From Bugula neritina (lineage: Eukaryota; Animalia; Bryozoa): a stretch of 64,000 bases of DNA. The stretch covers positions 18,320,259 through 18,384,258 of the forward strand of contig OZ037767.1 in NCBI GenBank assembly GCA_964035545.1, given 5' to 3'. Position numbers and translations under genes: made by a program. The notes below the pieces were generated by a model, which saw nothing but the letters and a program-made list of their open reading frames with translations, made no database searches and had not been told where the DNA came from. This document shows positions 38,807 through 52,546 of this stretch, piece after piece (position 1 is the stretch's first letter; the number at the start of each line of letters is the position of its first letter).

Positions 38807-41800
38807 CTAAGTTGTTGATGGTTGTTCAGTACTTCTACCTTCTTCCTAAAACACAATAAAATATGACATTAGTTTGGTTTGCACTCATCACATAAAAAAC
38901 CTCAACTTCTGCTTTATGCTAATTTTTAAGCAAATAACATAAATAGAAAGCATAATAGAATTAGTTAATTGAATATATCTTATGCAGTTATAACATTAAA
39001 TTTAGGTTCAACTCAACTCCATTTCATAGCATTTACTAATGTAAATTTAACAATTAATAACATCAACAGCTGTGCTGTGCTCTTACCAACAACTGCTGAT
39101 AGAAAACTGTGTGCTTCACATTTCTCACTGGTTCCCACGTTGGAATCCTGAAAACACAACCATATCCTTGCAACCGAAGCACCTGCAGCACACACAGTTG
39201 ACAGAAAATAACTGTAGAGTTGTCTACACAACTTACTTGTAACCTTTCCATTTCACAAGTGCTTTAGCTCCTTTGATTCTAATAATCTTTTCTATAGCCC
39301 ACAGCTTTCTTTTGTTACCTGAAGTCAAAGCAACATAATATAAAGTGGTAGCTATGACAACGCTCTAAACAAATGTGTAAAAGTGGTAAACAAAACCTGA
39401 CTTGTTTTTACAATTAGACAGTAGTACAATGCATAGCTGTCACCCACAACATTGATTGAATCGTTTCAGTTATTATTCTTAACTTTTCTAAAATTATCAG
39501 AAAATATAAAAAAAAAACTCTTTCCCAAGAATTCTATTTATTTAAATCTTACCTTTTGTTGCTAATAGATTATTTCTTAAAACTGGGAGCTGTGATGTGG
39601 CTGAAGTATAAGAAGCAGTGGTTGAAGTGTTAGTCAGTGTTGTGGTAATAGCAGCGTAGATGTGAGTGGAGCGTGTAGAGTGAACAACATGTCTGTTAGT
39701 TGAAGTTGTGGTTGAGGCTTTAGACGGTCTCGGTGAAACTGAACACTTCTCTGTGGGTGGTCTAATCAAAGGAGCTGAACATGTATCTGTAGAAGTTCTC
39801 CTTTCTATAGAAGGAGTAGTAGGAGTAGCAGTAATAGTAAGAGTAGCAGTGAGAGTAGGGATAGCAGTAATAGTAGGAGTAGCAATGATAGTAGGAGTAG
39901 CAGTGACAGTAGGAGTAGCAGTAGGAGTAGCAGTACTCTTAGTGTAGGGCCACACAAGGTGTTTTTACACGTTCGTGACGTGCAAGAATACACACTAGTG
40001 ACCTGCCACACACAGTGCGTGTTTTGCGAGTGCAAAAATTTATTTACCAAAGATGTTAGCGTTAAACTTTACTGCTCGTCTACAGACTTTTGTTTTTACA
40101 ATTCCATAATCGGCAAAGTGACTCGATTAGATTAGATTAGATACTATAAAAGCGGAAATGCAAATGATATGAAACTGTTTTAATTCAGTTCTCTAAAAGC
40201 TAAAGCGTGAATTGAAAATAAAGAAATGTGCTCGCTAAATGATAATAAGCCAATTAGATCAAACACGCACGAGCTTGCCGCTAAGCTTGCTCAGCATGCT
40301 AGATGCATAAAAATCCCGCTCATGACGTCCAGTTTTTGGGCTAAACGTGATTTCTCGCACGTCACGCGTGTGTAAAACGCGTCATGTGGCCCTACACTTA
40401 GTAGACGTCTCAGTATTAGTAGCCGCTGCAGTTCGAGTTACAGCACTTTTTTTCTTATAATTTTTTGTAGAAGTCTTTTCATTCAAGTTGTAAATTTGAT
40501 CAACTGAAATAAATAGAAAAAAGGTAGCCAATAACATCAATACAAAACTATTAAAAAACTATCATATATTAGCTGCATGCTCTTTGGTAGAGCATCTGTT
40601 CATGTTTGAGTGACCTGCCCTACAACCCAGTATGTCTTCAGTGAAAGTAGACTTTGTGGTGGAAGATTGGTACTAGATTTAGTATTACCAAGTAACATAC
40701 TAGTGAAAAGCAGCTTATAGCACTTAAATATACTAACAGGAGCTCCAAATATTACTTTTACAAAAATCAGAATGATTAAAACTTTTCTCAGAGATTGAAT
40801 ACACTAATAACATCACAGCTTGCTTTGCTGCTAAAAATAAATGTCTAAGGAACTGTCTACACTTTAATCTGTTGCAGTAAAGAGGGCATAACTCTGATAT
40901 TACAGAAACCTGTTTACTACTTTCATTCAACAATCACGAAGCTGTGGTTATGGACTGATGTTGATGATTTTGTGTGTTGATGTAGAATCTTACTTGAACT
41001 TAATAGCAGGTCTTTCATTGCTTCAATAGACTCCTTTGTATGTTCACTGGACACTCCACTGCGTATTACTGTCAGTTTATCTTGTGAATTCGGCTTCAGC
41101 ATAAAAGTTATCACTCCAAAACCAGCTCCATGAGCAAATGCTGACTGCAATATAATGACATCCCAAAATATCTATTGCGATGCTACTCTAAAAATAACTT
41201 TATAAATTTTTATCAAAATGACATATCAATTTTACTGTAAATCATGAGTCAAACTACTAAACTTTGGCATAGGAAACATCAACTATAATGAGTGCTGGAA
41301 GAATAGAAACAACAAACTCTTCTGATTTGCACAAGCTTACCATGTTACACATTATGTGTCTTGTGTGGCCATTACCCTTTTTATGTTGCCCTCCTTTATT
41401 TAATTCTTTCTTTTTGCTGTTTATTGTCAATGACTTCTTAGACTGACCTGTGCACACGTAAAGGCTGTGTCAGAGTTAAAAAAATTTAACTGCATAGCTT
41501 TTTTATAGTAAAGGATATCAAAGTTGTTTAATTGGAACTGTAAAATGTAACTACATGCATCTTTGTTTGTCAAATGACTTGGTTATTCCCAAATAATATA
41601 CTGATTTAATGAATATATTAAACTCTATAACAGCATTAAGCCAAACACTAGATAAGCACTAGCAAACACTAATGACCATATTCACAGGAACAGTTATACC
41701 CAAAGAGACTTGGAATCAGCAATATAAATGTTAGTCCTACTGACTCACCACAGCCAGGACAATTGGCAGCATTTATCGCCATAACATGCTGACAGTGTGG

Positions 41801-42230
41801 ACATCTTCGTTTCATCACTAAAACATCAACAATAATGTAACAGTACACAGCATAGCCTACAGGAAGTAAATTTAGCCCTGCAACCATTTCCTATTCAGCT
41901 ATTGTAACATCATGCATTCAGTTTTAGGTACTACTTTGGTACTGCTAACAATTGTGAGGGTATTAGAAAATAAGTTCAAAGAATTATTAAGCAACTATAA
42001 ACTGCTTTAGTTTTCTGTATTTTGTAGAGTTAGCTGTATACTTTAGTGAAGGTTCTATGTAGGTTCTAGTGATATAGAAAGAGAACTGAGTTTATACATT
42101 TTAAACTACTTCAACTCTTACCACAGCGGCTACATTTTGGAGGAGGCCGGAAAGTTTGCCTCTGCATAAAAACCTCCTTACAAAGAGTGCAGCGAGCAAC
42201 TTTGCTAGCTGGAGCAGCAGTATTGGTCAT
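38807..42230 (-). CDS. Spliced gene, possibly pseudogenised: double zinc ribbon + Thr/Pro-rich linker + C-terminal chromodomain
   Basis: Exons 42230-42122, 41817-41749, 41447-41341, 41144-(end unresolved), ~40672-40615, 40503-39553 (minus the MITE), 39318-39237, 39147-39087, 38845-38807. Motifs CTLC/CSRC/CPHC/CPGC and LWAIEKIIRIKGAKALVKWKGYKIPTWEPVRNV. Confidence 0.72.
39942..40397. mobile_element. 456-bp MITE inserted in a coding exon
   Basis: TIR GTGTAGGGCCACA/TGTGGCCCTACAC. TSD is TTA (PIF/Harbinger-like) or, equivalently, CTTAG with TGT...ACA ends (Ginger-like). Confidence 0.88.
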
Positions 42231-43621
42231 TTCAAACTCTAGAAACCAGATGAATAAAAATATGATGACATACTAGAGTGAGGACAATACAAAGCAGTGC
42301 TGATACTTAGTAAACAAGTACACTGAGCTACTGTACACTGACTTGAGGTGTTTATAATATAATACTTTAATGGCAGCATGTAAGGAATACAGTTTAAACT
42401 TTTTGATAATTGCTGTTTTTTTACTTTAGAAACCAATTAACTCAAACTTTTTAATGGGTTTAGTCATTCTGATTGTCACAAAATATTATAACTGATAGAG
42501 GGCTAAATAATGTATAACTGTGCAGTAATGTTGCCCAGAGAACTTTTACCCAACTATTAAATTACACTAATTATTGCATAATGTCTACATACCTTAATGT
42601 TCAACAAATACATACTGTCACATACTGTCACATGCTGTCACCGATTATGATACAAATAGTGTTTTTGTTGGTGAGGTAATAGCTGTGATTTAAAACAGTT
42701 ATATAAGTTATCACTAATTGTAATGTTTGAAAATAAACTTATTGAACTTGAACTAGGTATTGTGAAGATACAAGTTTCGAGAGCAAAAGCAGCTGCAATA
42801 GTGAAACATCAAAAAATTGCTTAAAGTTAGTTGACTATGACTTTACGGAGCAATGATGCTTTTTAATAGAATACTCTTACCAATGTTATTTTGTATGATG
42901 CACATAAATGGCTCTTCGACAAGGCCAAGTCGATTAGGTTGTTATCTGAACACTGGGCATTTTTGTATTATATTAAATCACCGTTGTTGTATTAACAGTG
43001 CTATATTATATTACTATTATTGTATAATATTATATCAACATTACTGTATCATAGTATATCAGTATTATATTGTAATATATTATATCATTATTATTGCATT
43101 ATATTATATCCCCATTCTTGTATTATATTCCATAAAAAGCATGATAAAAGTGATAATACTATTTGAGGATATGACAGCTATAAGAAAACCAACATTATTA
43201 TAAAGTTAAAACATGTAGAAGCAGTGCTATAATATTATGATGAGCTAGAATACAGCACATTGATGGAGCCAATGGAGTTTTCTACTCTTGTAATTTAATA
43301 AAGTTAAAGACAGAGCAATAGTTTGCAACTGAATTTTAAGTAAATTTCCCCAACTACTAAAATTAGGAATAGCCACAGAACTTTTTAAACTATTAATAAA
43401 AAATAGCATACCAATGATAAAACCATATTTTAGTATCTTGGCTATGTGCTTGCATAGTTTTGTAATATTGAAACTTCATGGTAAAACTATTATTTAAGTT
43501 TCATAATGTCATATTTTTTATTTAAAATGTCAACTATTTTCTACAACCTACATGACATGAGCTAGGTCTAGTTGTAACTATTAATTCACACTCTATTCAT
43601 GATTACGGTATTATAATCAAC

Positions 43622-44338
43622 CAGGGTTTGGGTAATTGTAATTTGTAATTGGTTGGAATTAATTACATTTTCTCATGTAATTAAATGTAATTTGTAATTG
43701 GTGTATAAAATGTAATTTTGCAATTAAGTAATTACGCTAAGAAAACGGATTGCATTCAGCTGTCCTGAATTATAATAACACAAATCACATTACACTCGTG
43801 TACATCTAGCTTCTCTTATATCTAAACTCTAACTCTCTAAGTCACAAAGCTCTCTTTGCTTCGCAGGGGGGGGGGGGGCAATCGCGTCATACGACGTGAT
43901 TGGATATGCACAATAGTTCGCCACGCCTTGAGATTCTACTACAAAGTGTAGTTTGTGCTGCAACTGCACTTACACTATCCATTACACCTATTCGTTACTG
44001 TTGAGAACAAAGAAGGTTGTCTGTTGTCAATATTGCCCCTGGTAGTTGGACTCACAGAACTGAAACTTTAAGGGGTTATAGTTCAATTGTTGGACTCCAG
44101 CAGTGAGAATAGATAACTTCTATTTGTCTTTTGTGAAAACAAAAGTAATTGTATTTGTAATTAGTTACATTACCATGTAATTGTAGGCTAATTGTAATTA
44201 GTTACATTACCATGTAATTGTAATTGCAATTAATTACATTTATTTTATCTGTAATTATAATTGTAACTGTAATTGACAAATTCTCATGCATTTGTAATTG
44301 TGATTAATCACATTCATATGTAATTGACCCCAACCCTG
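43622..44338. mobile_element. Non-autonomous hAT-type element with subterminal GTAATT repeats
   Basis: TIR CAGGGTTTGGG/CCCCAACCCTG and 8-bp TSD TAATCAAC/TTATCAAC (7 of 8 match). Confidence 0.82.
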
Positions 44339-45133
44339 TTATCAACAAGAATAAAATTGCAATTGGTGTTTTTACTTCACAAGTCTGCTAGAAAATTCAA
44401 ACAGCTCACTAATTTTTTTTAAGAAAAAAGTATTATAAAAAATGGGTGTGACTAAAATGGGTGGCCACCTGGTGTCGTGGTCCGTAACACCCATTTTAGT
44501 CATAAGGGGGGTTTTGACTAAAATGGGTGTCGCGAATAATTTTAGTTTTATTTTCACATTTTGTAGACATTTTTGTTTGTTAATATTGCTCAAAACGTTT
44601 TTAATATTTTAAAGTATATGTTTCATAAGTTAGCATGTCTATGATCCTAACAATAACAGTAAGATTAGGTGAAAATTAAATTTTTGATGAGGAAAGATAA
44701 CTTTCAATGAGTTTGGTTTTGGTTAAAATTAATTCAATTTAATCATTATTTACCGTAAAATAGGGTTACTTTAGCCACGTGGGATAACTTTGGCCACTTC
44801 AGAAAAAATGTTTAAAATATTACTGGTGCTATATCTATGAAGTCTAAAGATATTTTAATTGTATATATGCACTAACTGCAGATTGGTGCATCCTATTCAT
44901 AAAAAATAATTGATATACTCATTTGCTGTCTGCATAATATGCAGTATTGTTACGCTCTGTATGGACTTCATGCAGACTGCCATTGTCATGCCAGCAGACA
45001 GCCCATATCAATAAGCTGGAAAGATGAATAGACACGTTTACATTTAGTATTGCAACAGCTTGACTTCACTCCTTATAATTTGGATTACATAATCATTTAT
45101 GACTATAAGATTATAAATACTTTCAATTCATAC

Positions 45134-48100
45134 TGTTGTGAATTTGCGCTTCACTTTTAATTATTGGGTCTATTTAGGCAAAGCTATTTTTACCAGATTT
45201 GCGATTGCTAACAATTTATTCTATTTAATTTAGGATACTAATAAAATGTACAACTATCAAAAACACGTTACATAATCAGAGAGACAATACACAAGACTTT
45301 ACATTATCGATTTCCAACACTCTCTGTTGGCTATTCAATTAGACTAGCATCCACTACAAGTATGCAGCTCCGCCTACCACTAACTACTAGCAGTCACTGA
45401 TTGGCCATCACGATGGCACCATCGCACTAGTTGATTTGTATGACGCAAAATGCATCATGTCTCAAGTCAAGTGTGTGTGGAGTTATCCTTTCAATATAAT
45501 ATATATAATTTCTCTACACTCGCCACACCTATCGAAAGGTACACTAAAAAAACGAAACAATAAAAAAACCATCGATATAATAACATAGAGAAGAATAATT
45601 AAAATAACAATACATTGTTACACAAAAAGATATATAATACTGACACACAGGTAATAGCCGGGTAGCATGAGACCGTTACACGAGAAGACGAACAGATTGA
45701 AATGAGACCTGTACGTGACGACAGATCATGGCAAGGTAGCATGAATATAATTGACTGTCTGTCACCTGCCGCTCCTCAGGCAATTATCGTGACGAACTAC
45801 CGTGTCAGGAAGAAAAGAATTTATCCAGGCAGAGCGAAGCATCGACATAGGTGGGCATCGACATGCTGTCCACGAATCAAATGTGACAGAAGGAAAGTGT
45901 TCTGATGCCACTATGGAAATGGCTATGGATATCTGTCATGCAGGAAATTCTTTAATCATTATTAGTCAATCCATCGTGATCACCGGAACCAAATACTGTG
46001 ATGGAGCCACAGGGGAGAGAAGAGAAGACTCCTTCGCTAAGGCCAAACTTCGTCATGTCGCGATGACTATTCGTAGTATTTTCATGCAGTTATTACCGTT
46101 TCAATTATTAAGTTTTATATTCTTTATATAGTCCTCATTTTATCTATAATTTTCGAAGAGCATCCACGCTGGAAGAGTGAACGACACCATCCGCCACGAC
46201 AGCCACCTGTGCCACTGTGACAGCCTTCCAAGAGTCCAGTATACTTAAGAAGAGGAGATGGGTGACTGCGTGACGGTGGTGTCAGGCGAAGAGTGCCAGC
46301 CCCTCACTAAAGTCTCACCTGCAACAGAGTACCAGAATCTGTTGTAGAGGTTTCCACCCAGTCAGTACAACACTGACAACTGAGTCACACAGTCTATCAA
46401 CCCACTGATTATCAAAAATCATTCGGGCGACTGTCTCACTCTAAGTCGTCAGTGAAATCATCTGACTTCGGAGTCCAATTTTATCGTTATGACGAAGCGA
46501 GACTAATCTTGCTACTAGGCTAAATCCTACTTAAATAATAGAATTTTATTAGTAGATTTACCATAAGACAGCCATGACACAAATCCACTGTCCACTTAGG
46601 CTTTGTAGTTGCCAGCCTGCCAAGTACGTGCTCGCACCATGACAGTTAACATCGAAAAGAATGCTCGCCACAGTGAAAGTAATTACATAATACCCCCTTT
46701 CACTAGCGAGCTCTTTTCTGTACCTCCGCTGGCGTTATTACAATATATGTATACGCCACTGGGTATGCAATTCACAGTTGTGTTTCCTTGTATTTAGGAA
46801 TTGCAACTCTCAATTGCCTGTCCCCCAGGGTTCTTTTATGATAGCTGATATATGTTTTTCCACTGCATCACACAAGAAATCTTTCAAATAAGATGGTGGT
46901 GCCCTAGTACATTGACTACGCTCCAACTGTACTGAGGGGAGGTGCTGTTGCCACTGGTGACTGTACCACTATGGGCAGTGTCTCCAGTACGGGGGGGGGG
47001 GGTTCACTAGTACGGGTGATTCTCCCCTGGCTACCTCCTTCTCATTAATTCAAGGGGTTTCCATCTTATCAGGGACGACAGGTGTGTCGGACGGCTACAC
47101 TGGTGGTGGGGCCGGCCCAGACCAGTCTTCCGGTGTGTTGGCCGCCCCTTCCTAGAGTGGGGGCAGCCAGAGCGAGTCGGTCGACACGTCAGCTGCTCCT
47201 TCCTGATCTGGTAGCACCTCCTCCAACTCCCTGTACGCTATTTCTCGTCCTCTCATGGGCGGACGGCGTGCAAGCTCTAAGAGTGGAGGGGCCTGTTTGG
47301 CTGCATCAAGACTCACTTGGTACGGCTTCAATCGTACTTCATTCTAGACTGACACCTGGCTCGAACGTTCCACTCTGTACGTGTGATTTGGCATCACCTC
47401 AATCACACAACAAGGACCCACGAATTTCGGCTGTATCTTAATCGCCTGTCCGCGCCGCCGGCGATGACTGATCATCTAGACCCAGTCCCCACCTTATACA
47501 AAGGAGGGTTGTCAGATTCACCACTCCTGACCTGCCATTGCTGCTCACGCAACATCTCGTGAGCCGTCCTCATGCGTATAATGAGCTTGTCCACGTACTC
47601 ATGGACGTTGCTCTCTGAAGCCGGAACATGTTAAGTTAAGTGCTCAGAATCTCGCTTTTCTCTACCGAGCATGAGAAAGTGAGGGGTCTCCAGCGTTCTG
47701 GAGTGAGGGGTACTACGGCAGGCTCGCATGATTTGCGACAGCATCAAGTCCCACTCTTCTTAACTTTTACCTATAAGCAAGCTTTTCAGCAAGTCGCCTA
47801 GCATATGGTTGTTCCGCTTCACAACCCCATTCCCTTGCGGGTGACATGGAGTCGTCTGGCTGTGGTTAACTCCCCACGTCTTACAGAGATCACTCATAAG
47901 TTGCGACTGAAACTGGGCACCTTGACTAGAGTGTATTTGTTCTGGCAAATAACAGAACACCTGCTGATCCAAGGCCATGGCCATCGTGGGGGCCGACGCA
48001 TCTAGAATGGCCAGCGCATCAGCCGACCGCGTGAAGTGGTCAGTTAACACTAATCTCCAGTTATTACTTCTCGCAGACGTGGGCATGGGGCCCACCAGAT

Positions 48101-51100
48101 CTACAGCAACTACTTGCCACAGACGACTGGTATAAAGGCGGCGCCTCCCTGTGGTCTCAGTGGAGCGGCCATGCTTGCTAGCTTGGCAGCTCTCACACTT
48201 CCGCACCCGGAGTCGGACATCCCGGGTCATACTAGGCTAGTACCACTTGAGTTCAAGACACCGAGTCACCCGCTAAGCTCCTGCATGAGCTTGCTTATGG
48301 GTGTCTCAAATCGACTATCGCTGCAGGGTAAACGGGCAGAGTACCCTCTCCCGTTCCCAGTGATTTGCACCGGTTGCCAACATTATTGCTGGCAACCCAT
48401 CACCATTAAATTGGAGGGAGTCCCGGCCATCACAGAAGTACTTGAACTCCGCACACTTGAGTCGCTGTTTGGTCTCACTAGGCCGCTGTCCCTCTTTCTT
48501 AGCCTGGACCAGGTCAGCTACTACCCCAGATAGTGTAGCTTGGAGCCGACACAGCTCCTTGACATCCCTGAGCAGCGTGGGGTTTGCATAAAAGTTCTTA
48601 ACAGCTTTAGTGGGGTTCGGACAGGAGTTGACCTTTTTCCCAGCTGTATATACCTGCTTTCCCCATCTGCGCTTCTACATCTGAGCGAGTGGGTCCACCA
48701 TCCTTGCGCTCAATGTTCAGGCACTGCTTACACCCATCCACCTGCCGGCAGTTTAATCCCTCAGCATTACCGTGTTTCTTACCGGGTGGGTGTTCGATTC
48801 GGTATGAAAACTCTGCCAGGATTTCAAGCCAGCGCACTACTTGGCTAGATGGTTTAGCTCGTCAACACAGTCATATCAGGAACGTGTGGTCCGTTTGCAG
48901 TCTGAACGTACGTCCATACAGATATGGTCTAAATTGTTGTTTCACTGCCTTGACTACTGCCAGGAGAGAGCTCCTGGTCGTACAGTAGTTTCTCTCAGGG
49001 GCCCACAGAGCCTCACTATAGTAAGCCACCACCACCTTGCGATCAACACAGCCACCACATTGTGGTTACTGGTATCAGTATCCAAATGTACTCTTTCACC
49101 GAATCAGGGTACGCCAAGATGGGCGCCTCCACCAAGCGATCCTTGAGGTGGTCAAATGCTTGCTGTTCTGCATACGTCCACTGCAAACGCACTCCTTTTG
49201 CCGTCAGCCGGTTTAGTGGCTGCGCAATTCCTGCAAAGTCCAGTATGTACTGCCGATAGTACCCTACCAGTCCCAGAAACGCCTGCAATTTAGGAAGGTT
49301 GACAGGGGCGGCCCAGTCTCTCACAGTCCGTACCTTCTTCGGGTCGGTGGCGACTCCGTCTCGACCACCTATATGGCCCAGGTACTTAACCTCCTGTTGC
49401 AGTAATGCACACTTTGAGGGCTTGAGCTTAGACCAGCAGCTCAAGGTCTGTTAAACACCTCTCTGAGTTGACTGACATGAGTGTCAAAGTAGGGGGAGAT
49501 GACAATGACATCATCGAGATAGATGAGCAAGGTCTTCCAGTGTAAACCACTCAGGACCTACTCCATGAGTTGTTGGAAGGTGGCCGGCGCAGACGTAAGT
49601 CCCAACGGTAACACCTTCCACTTTCAGAGCCCGGCCCGCGTGATAAATGCGGCCTTGTCCTATGCATCAGAGCTCAAGGGCACCTGCCAATACCAGCTTA
49701 ACAAGTTGAGCGTACTGAAGAACTTGCTACCAGCTAAGGCATCTAGCGACTCAGCGATCCTAGGAAGAGAGTAAGCGTTCTGGATGGTCACGCTGTTCAG
49801 TTTGCGATAATCCACACAAAGCCTCCAGCTCCTATCTTTTTTCCGAACCAGCACAACTGGAGTGCTCCAAGCACCATGGGCTGGCTCAATCAGGTCCCGG
49901 TTCAGAAGGTCTTGCACCTGTCGGCTCACTTCCTTTTCCTTCTGACGACCTAGCCGGCGGGTCGACTGCCTGATAGGCACCCTCCCAGCCGCCAGGGGTA
50001 TCTCATGACAGACAGCCTTCGCCAGACCCATGCTATAGTTGCTGCAACTAAACACGCCCTTGTACTCAGAGAGTGGCTGCACCACTACCAGGCGTTTCCG
50101 CTTGCTCTCACAGCCATCACAGGCATCCCTGTACAAATCTACTAAGTGTTCAGGCACCGGCCTCCTGCCGTTTCTAGTGGGTACCCTCCGGGCCTCATCC
50201 GCCGTCTCTAGGGCGGGCCCGACATCCTCCTCCTGCATGGAGTAGAACTCTTCCACTAGCAATCCAGCCGACAATTCTACTGGCTTCGTGAGAGGATTCA
50301 CGCGCTGGACTAGGAACTCTCCCTGCTCATCTAGCCTTTTCAGACTGTTAGCGAGCTGGACGCCCCCTAGTGCACCTTTCACCACTCCTAAGTCAGAAAT
50401 TTCTCTACAGTTCACTCTGCAGCAAACTGTAGCTCGAGAGCGCCCAGGTACAGTACAGCGCTGTACCACCTGCACTCCCTTACCAAGGGTCAGTCAAACC
50501 GGTCTACATAAGCAAGCTCACGCCCGGCCATCACCACCGCCGACTTGTTAAAGTAGATGTGGCACTTTTGTCACTTCATAAATGGCATTCCCAAATGGGC
50601 GTCCTCCTTGAGTTGACTGACGATTAAGGTCTCGCTGATCACCTGATCACGGACTCTACCAGTCAACTCTATCACGCCATCATATGGCTCTGGGTTCGCC
50701 CAGTTCCTGGCACTGAGTGTGTCAAACAGACGCCAGCTCAGAAGATTTGTGGTACACCCAGTATCCAACAAGAATGTTGCAGCTTTTTTGGCAAGTTTAC
50801 TGGGAAGGAAATAACTGCTTCCATATGGCTGGGTGCTCACTGATCGGTTCATATCTGGAGGTGACACCTCATGTGCATGGAGTTGGGAATGCACCTGCGC
50901 TTTTTGGTTGCAGGGGGTAGTCGACGGTTAGTGGGCAGGCGGGTTACATCTTGGTCTTGCTCGCACACAGGCGGCCAAGTGAACGCTTAGTCCTGCTCTC
51001 ATGTGGGCAACCAAGGGGAATCCCGGTTCTGCTCCCACTCGCAGTATACTCTCTCATCAGGCAAACCTTCAAAGCGGTTTTTTAGTGTCTAAGCCGGAGG

Positions 51101-52546
51101 TTTCGGCGGGCCTTGCGGCCTGCTGACTCTGCGTGGGGCTTGCCATCCTGGCGAAGACGGCCTCCTCACCCTATTAGATTTGGGCCTTGGCCTCGGCTTC
51201 GAAGGGTTCAACTGAGGCCCAGGGTCGACGGAGTGTACTGTGGGCCATTGTCGTTTAACTGCCTTTTTCTACCGTGGGGGTAGCTTTGTACAAAGTGCCC
51301 ACCACTACCACAGCGCCAGCATACAGAAATTCTCCTGCCGATGACAGCTGTCAGCAACCTGGTAGGTCGCTCAACTGTCGACTGTTGGCGTAGATGTCTG
51401 ATCTCAGCTAACAGCTCTTGAACCAAACTTGTGGTCAAGCTAGTCGGCTCGTCGGCTATCACCGTGGTGACATGTACCGCCGACTTGGCGACACGTCGTC
51501 GTCGGCCTCAACTTGGTGTACTGTCATCCCAGGCGGGCACGTACTGTTGGCTTAGAAATAGGCATTTCCAACCCTGAGAGCTTGCTCCACAGTATCAACC
51601 TCGGCTACCAGCAAGTGTTGCTTCAGCCCTAGATTGTTGATAGACTGGAGGAAAGCATCTAGTGCCAAACTCTGTCGATCATTCGCAGGCAAGTCATTAT
51701 AGGAAACTTGTGCTAGCCGCTCATCTACGGTCACGCGCTTTCTCAAGGTGATCTTAGGATTTCTCTCAAGCCCTTTGAACTAGCTGCACACAAGCATCTC
51801 GAGCGGTGAGCCCAAACCGGGCTCTCAACGCCTCAAAAATGTCGCCGACATCCTGACCAATCCCATAGGGTTTGGCCGACCTCGTCAGACACAACCGTAG
51901 CTGAATCAGAGTGACCCTGGCAGGACATTGACAGACGGCTGCCACATCACTGAACTCCGTGATAAATTGCTCTACGTCCTTTTCTCCTGAGAAGATGGGA
52001 GCCCGCATAGGTATCTGTCCATAGGCAACGCTGGGCCGCCTATGCCTTCCTCCATAGTTACCGGTTTGACTGGTTCTTGGCAGGGTATGTTCTCCTCGTC
52101 GGCCATCTTTTACTCCCTGGCTAGGAAAATTTGCGCTAAATAATTCCCACTGCTGCCAGCACTGTTGTGAATTTACGTTTCACTTGTAAATATTGGGTCT
52201 ATTTAGGCAAAGCTAATTCACCAGATTTGCGATTGCTATCAATTTATTCTATTTAATTCAAGATACTAATAAAATATACAACTATCAAAAACACGTTACA
52301 TAATCAGAGAGACAATACACAAGACTTTACATTATCAATTTCCAACACTCCCTGCCGGCTATTCAATTAGACTAGCATCCACTACAAGTATGCAGCTCCG
52401 CCTACTACTAATTACTAGCAGTCACTGATTGGCCATTGCGATGGCACCATCGCACTAGTTGATTTGCATGACGCAAAATGCATCATGTCTTAAGTCAAGT
52501 GTGTGTGGAGTTATCCTTTTGATATGATATATACAATTTCTCTACA
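45134..52546 (-). mobile_element. Decayed full-length Ty3/Gypsy element related to the 30-37 kb copy
   Basis: LTRs 52163-52546 (5') and 45134-45518 (3'), TG...CA, ~385 bp. Leu-type PBS at ~52143-52160. gag APIFSGEKDVEQF, CCHC-like CWRCGSGGH, FLLDTGC, WRLCVDYRKLN, VDLVGP. Confidence 0.94.

Noticed and set aside
39708-40050. Poly-Leu and Val/Ala/Gly ORFs
   Set aside because: Alternative frames of the TATPT repeat in the chromodomain gene exon.
44420-44800. AAAATGGGTG inverted motifs and a pogo-like end TACCGTAAAATAGGG
   Set aside because: No matching second terminus was found, so no element can be delimited.
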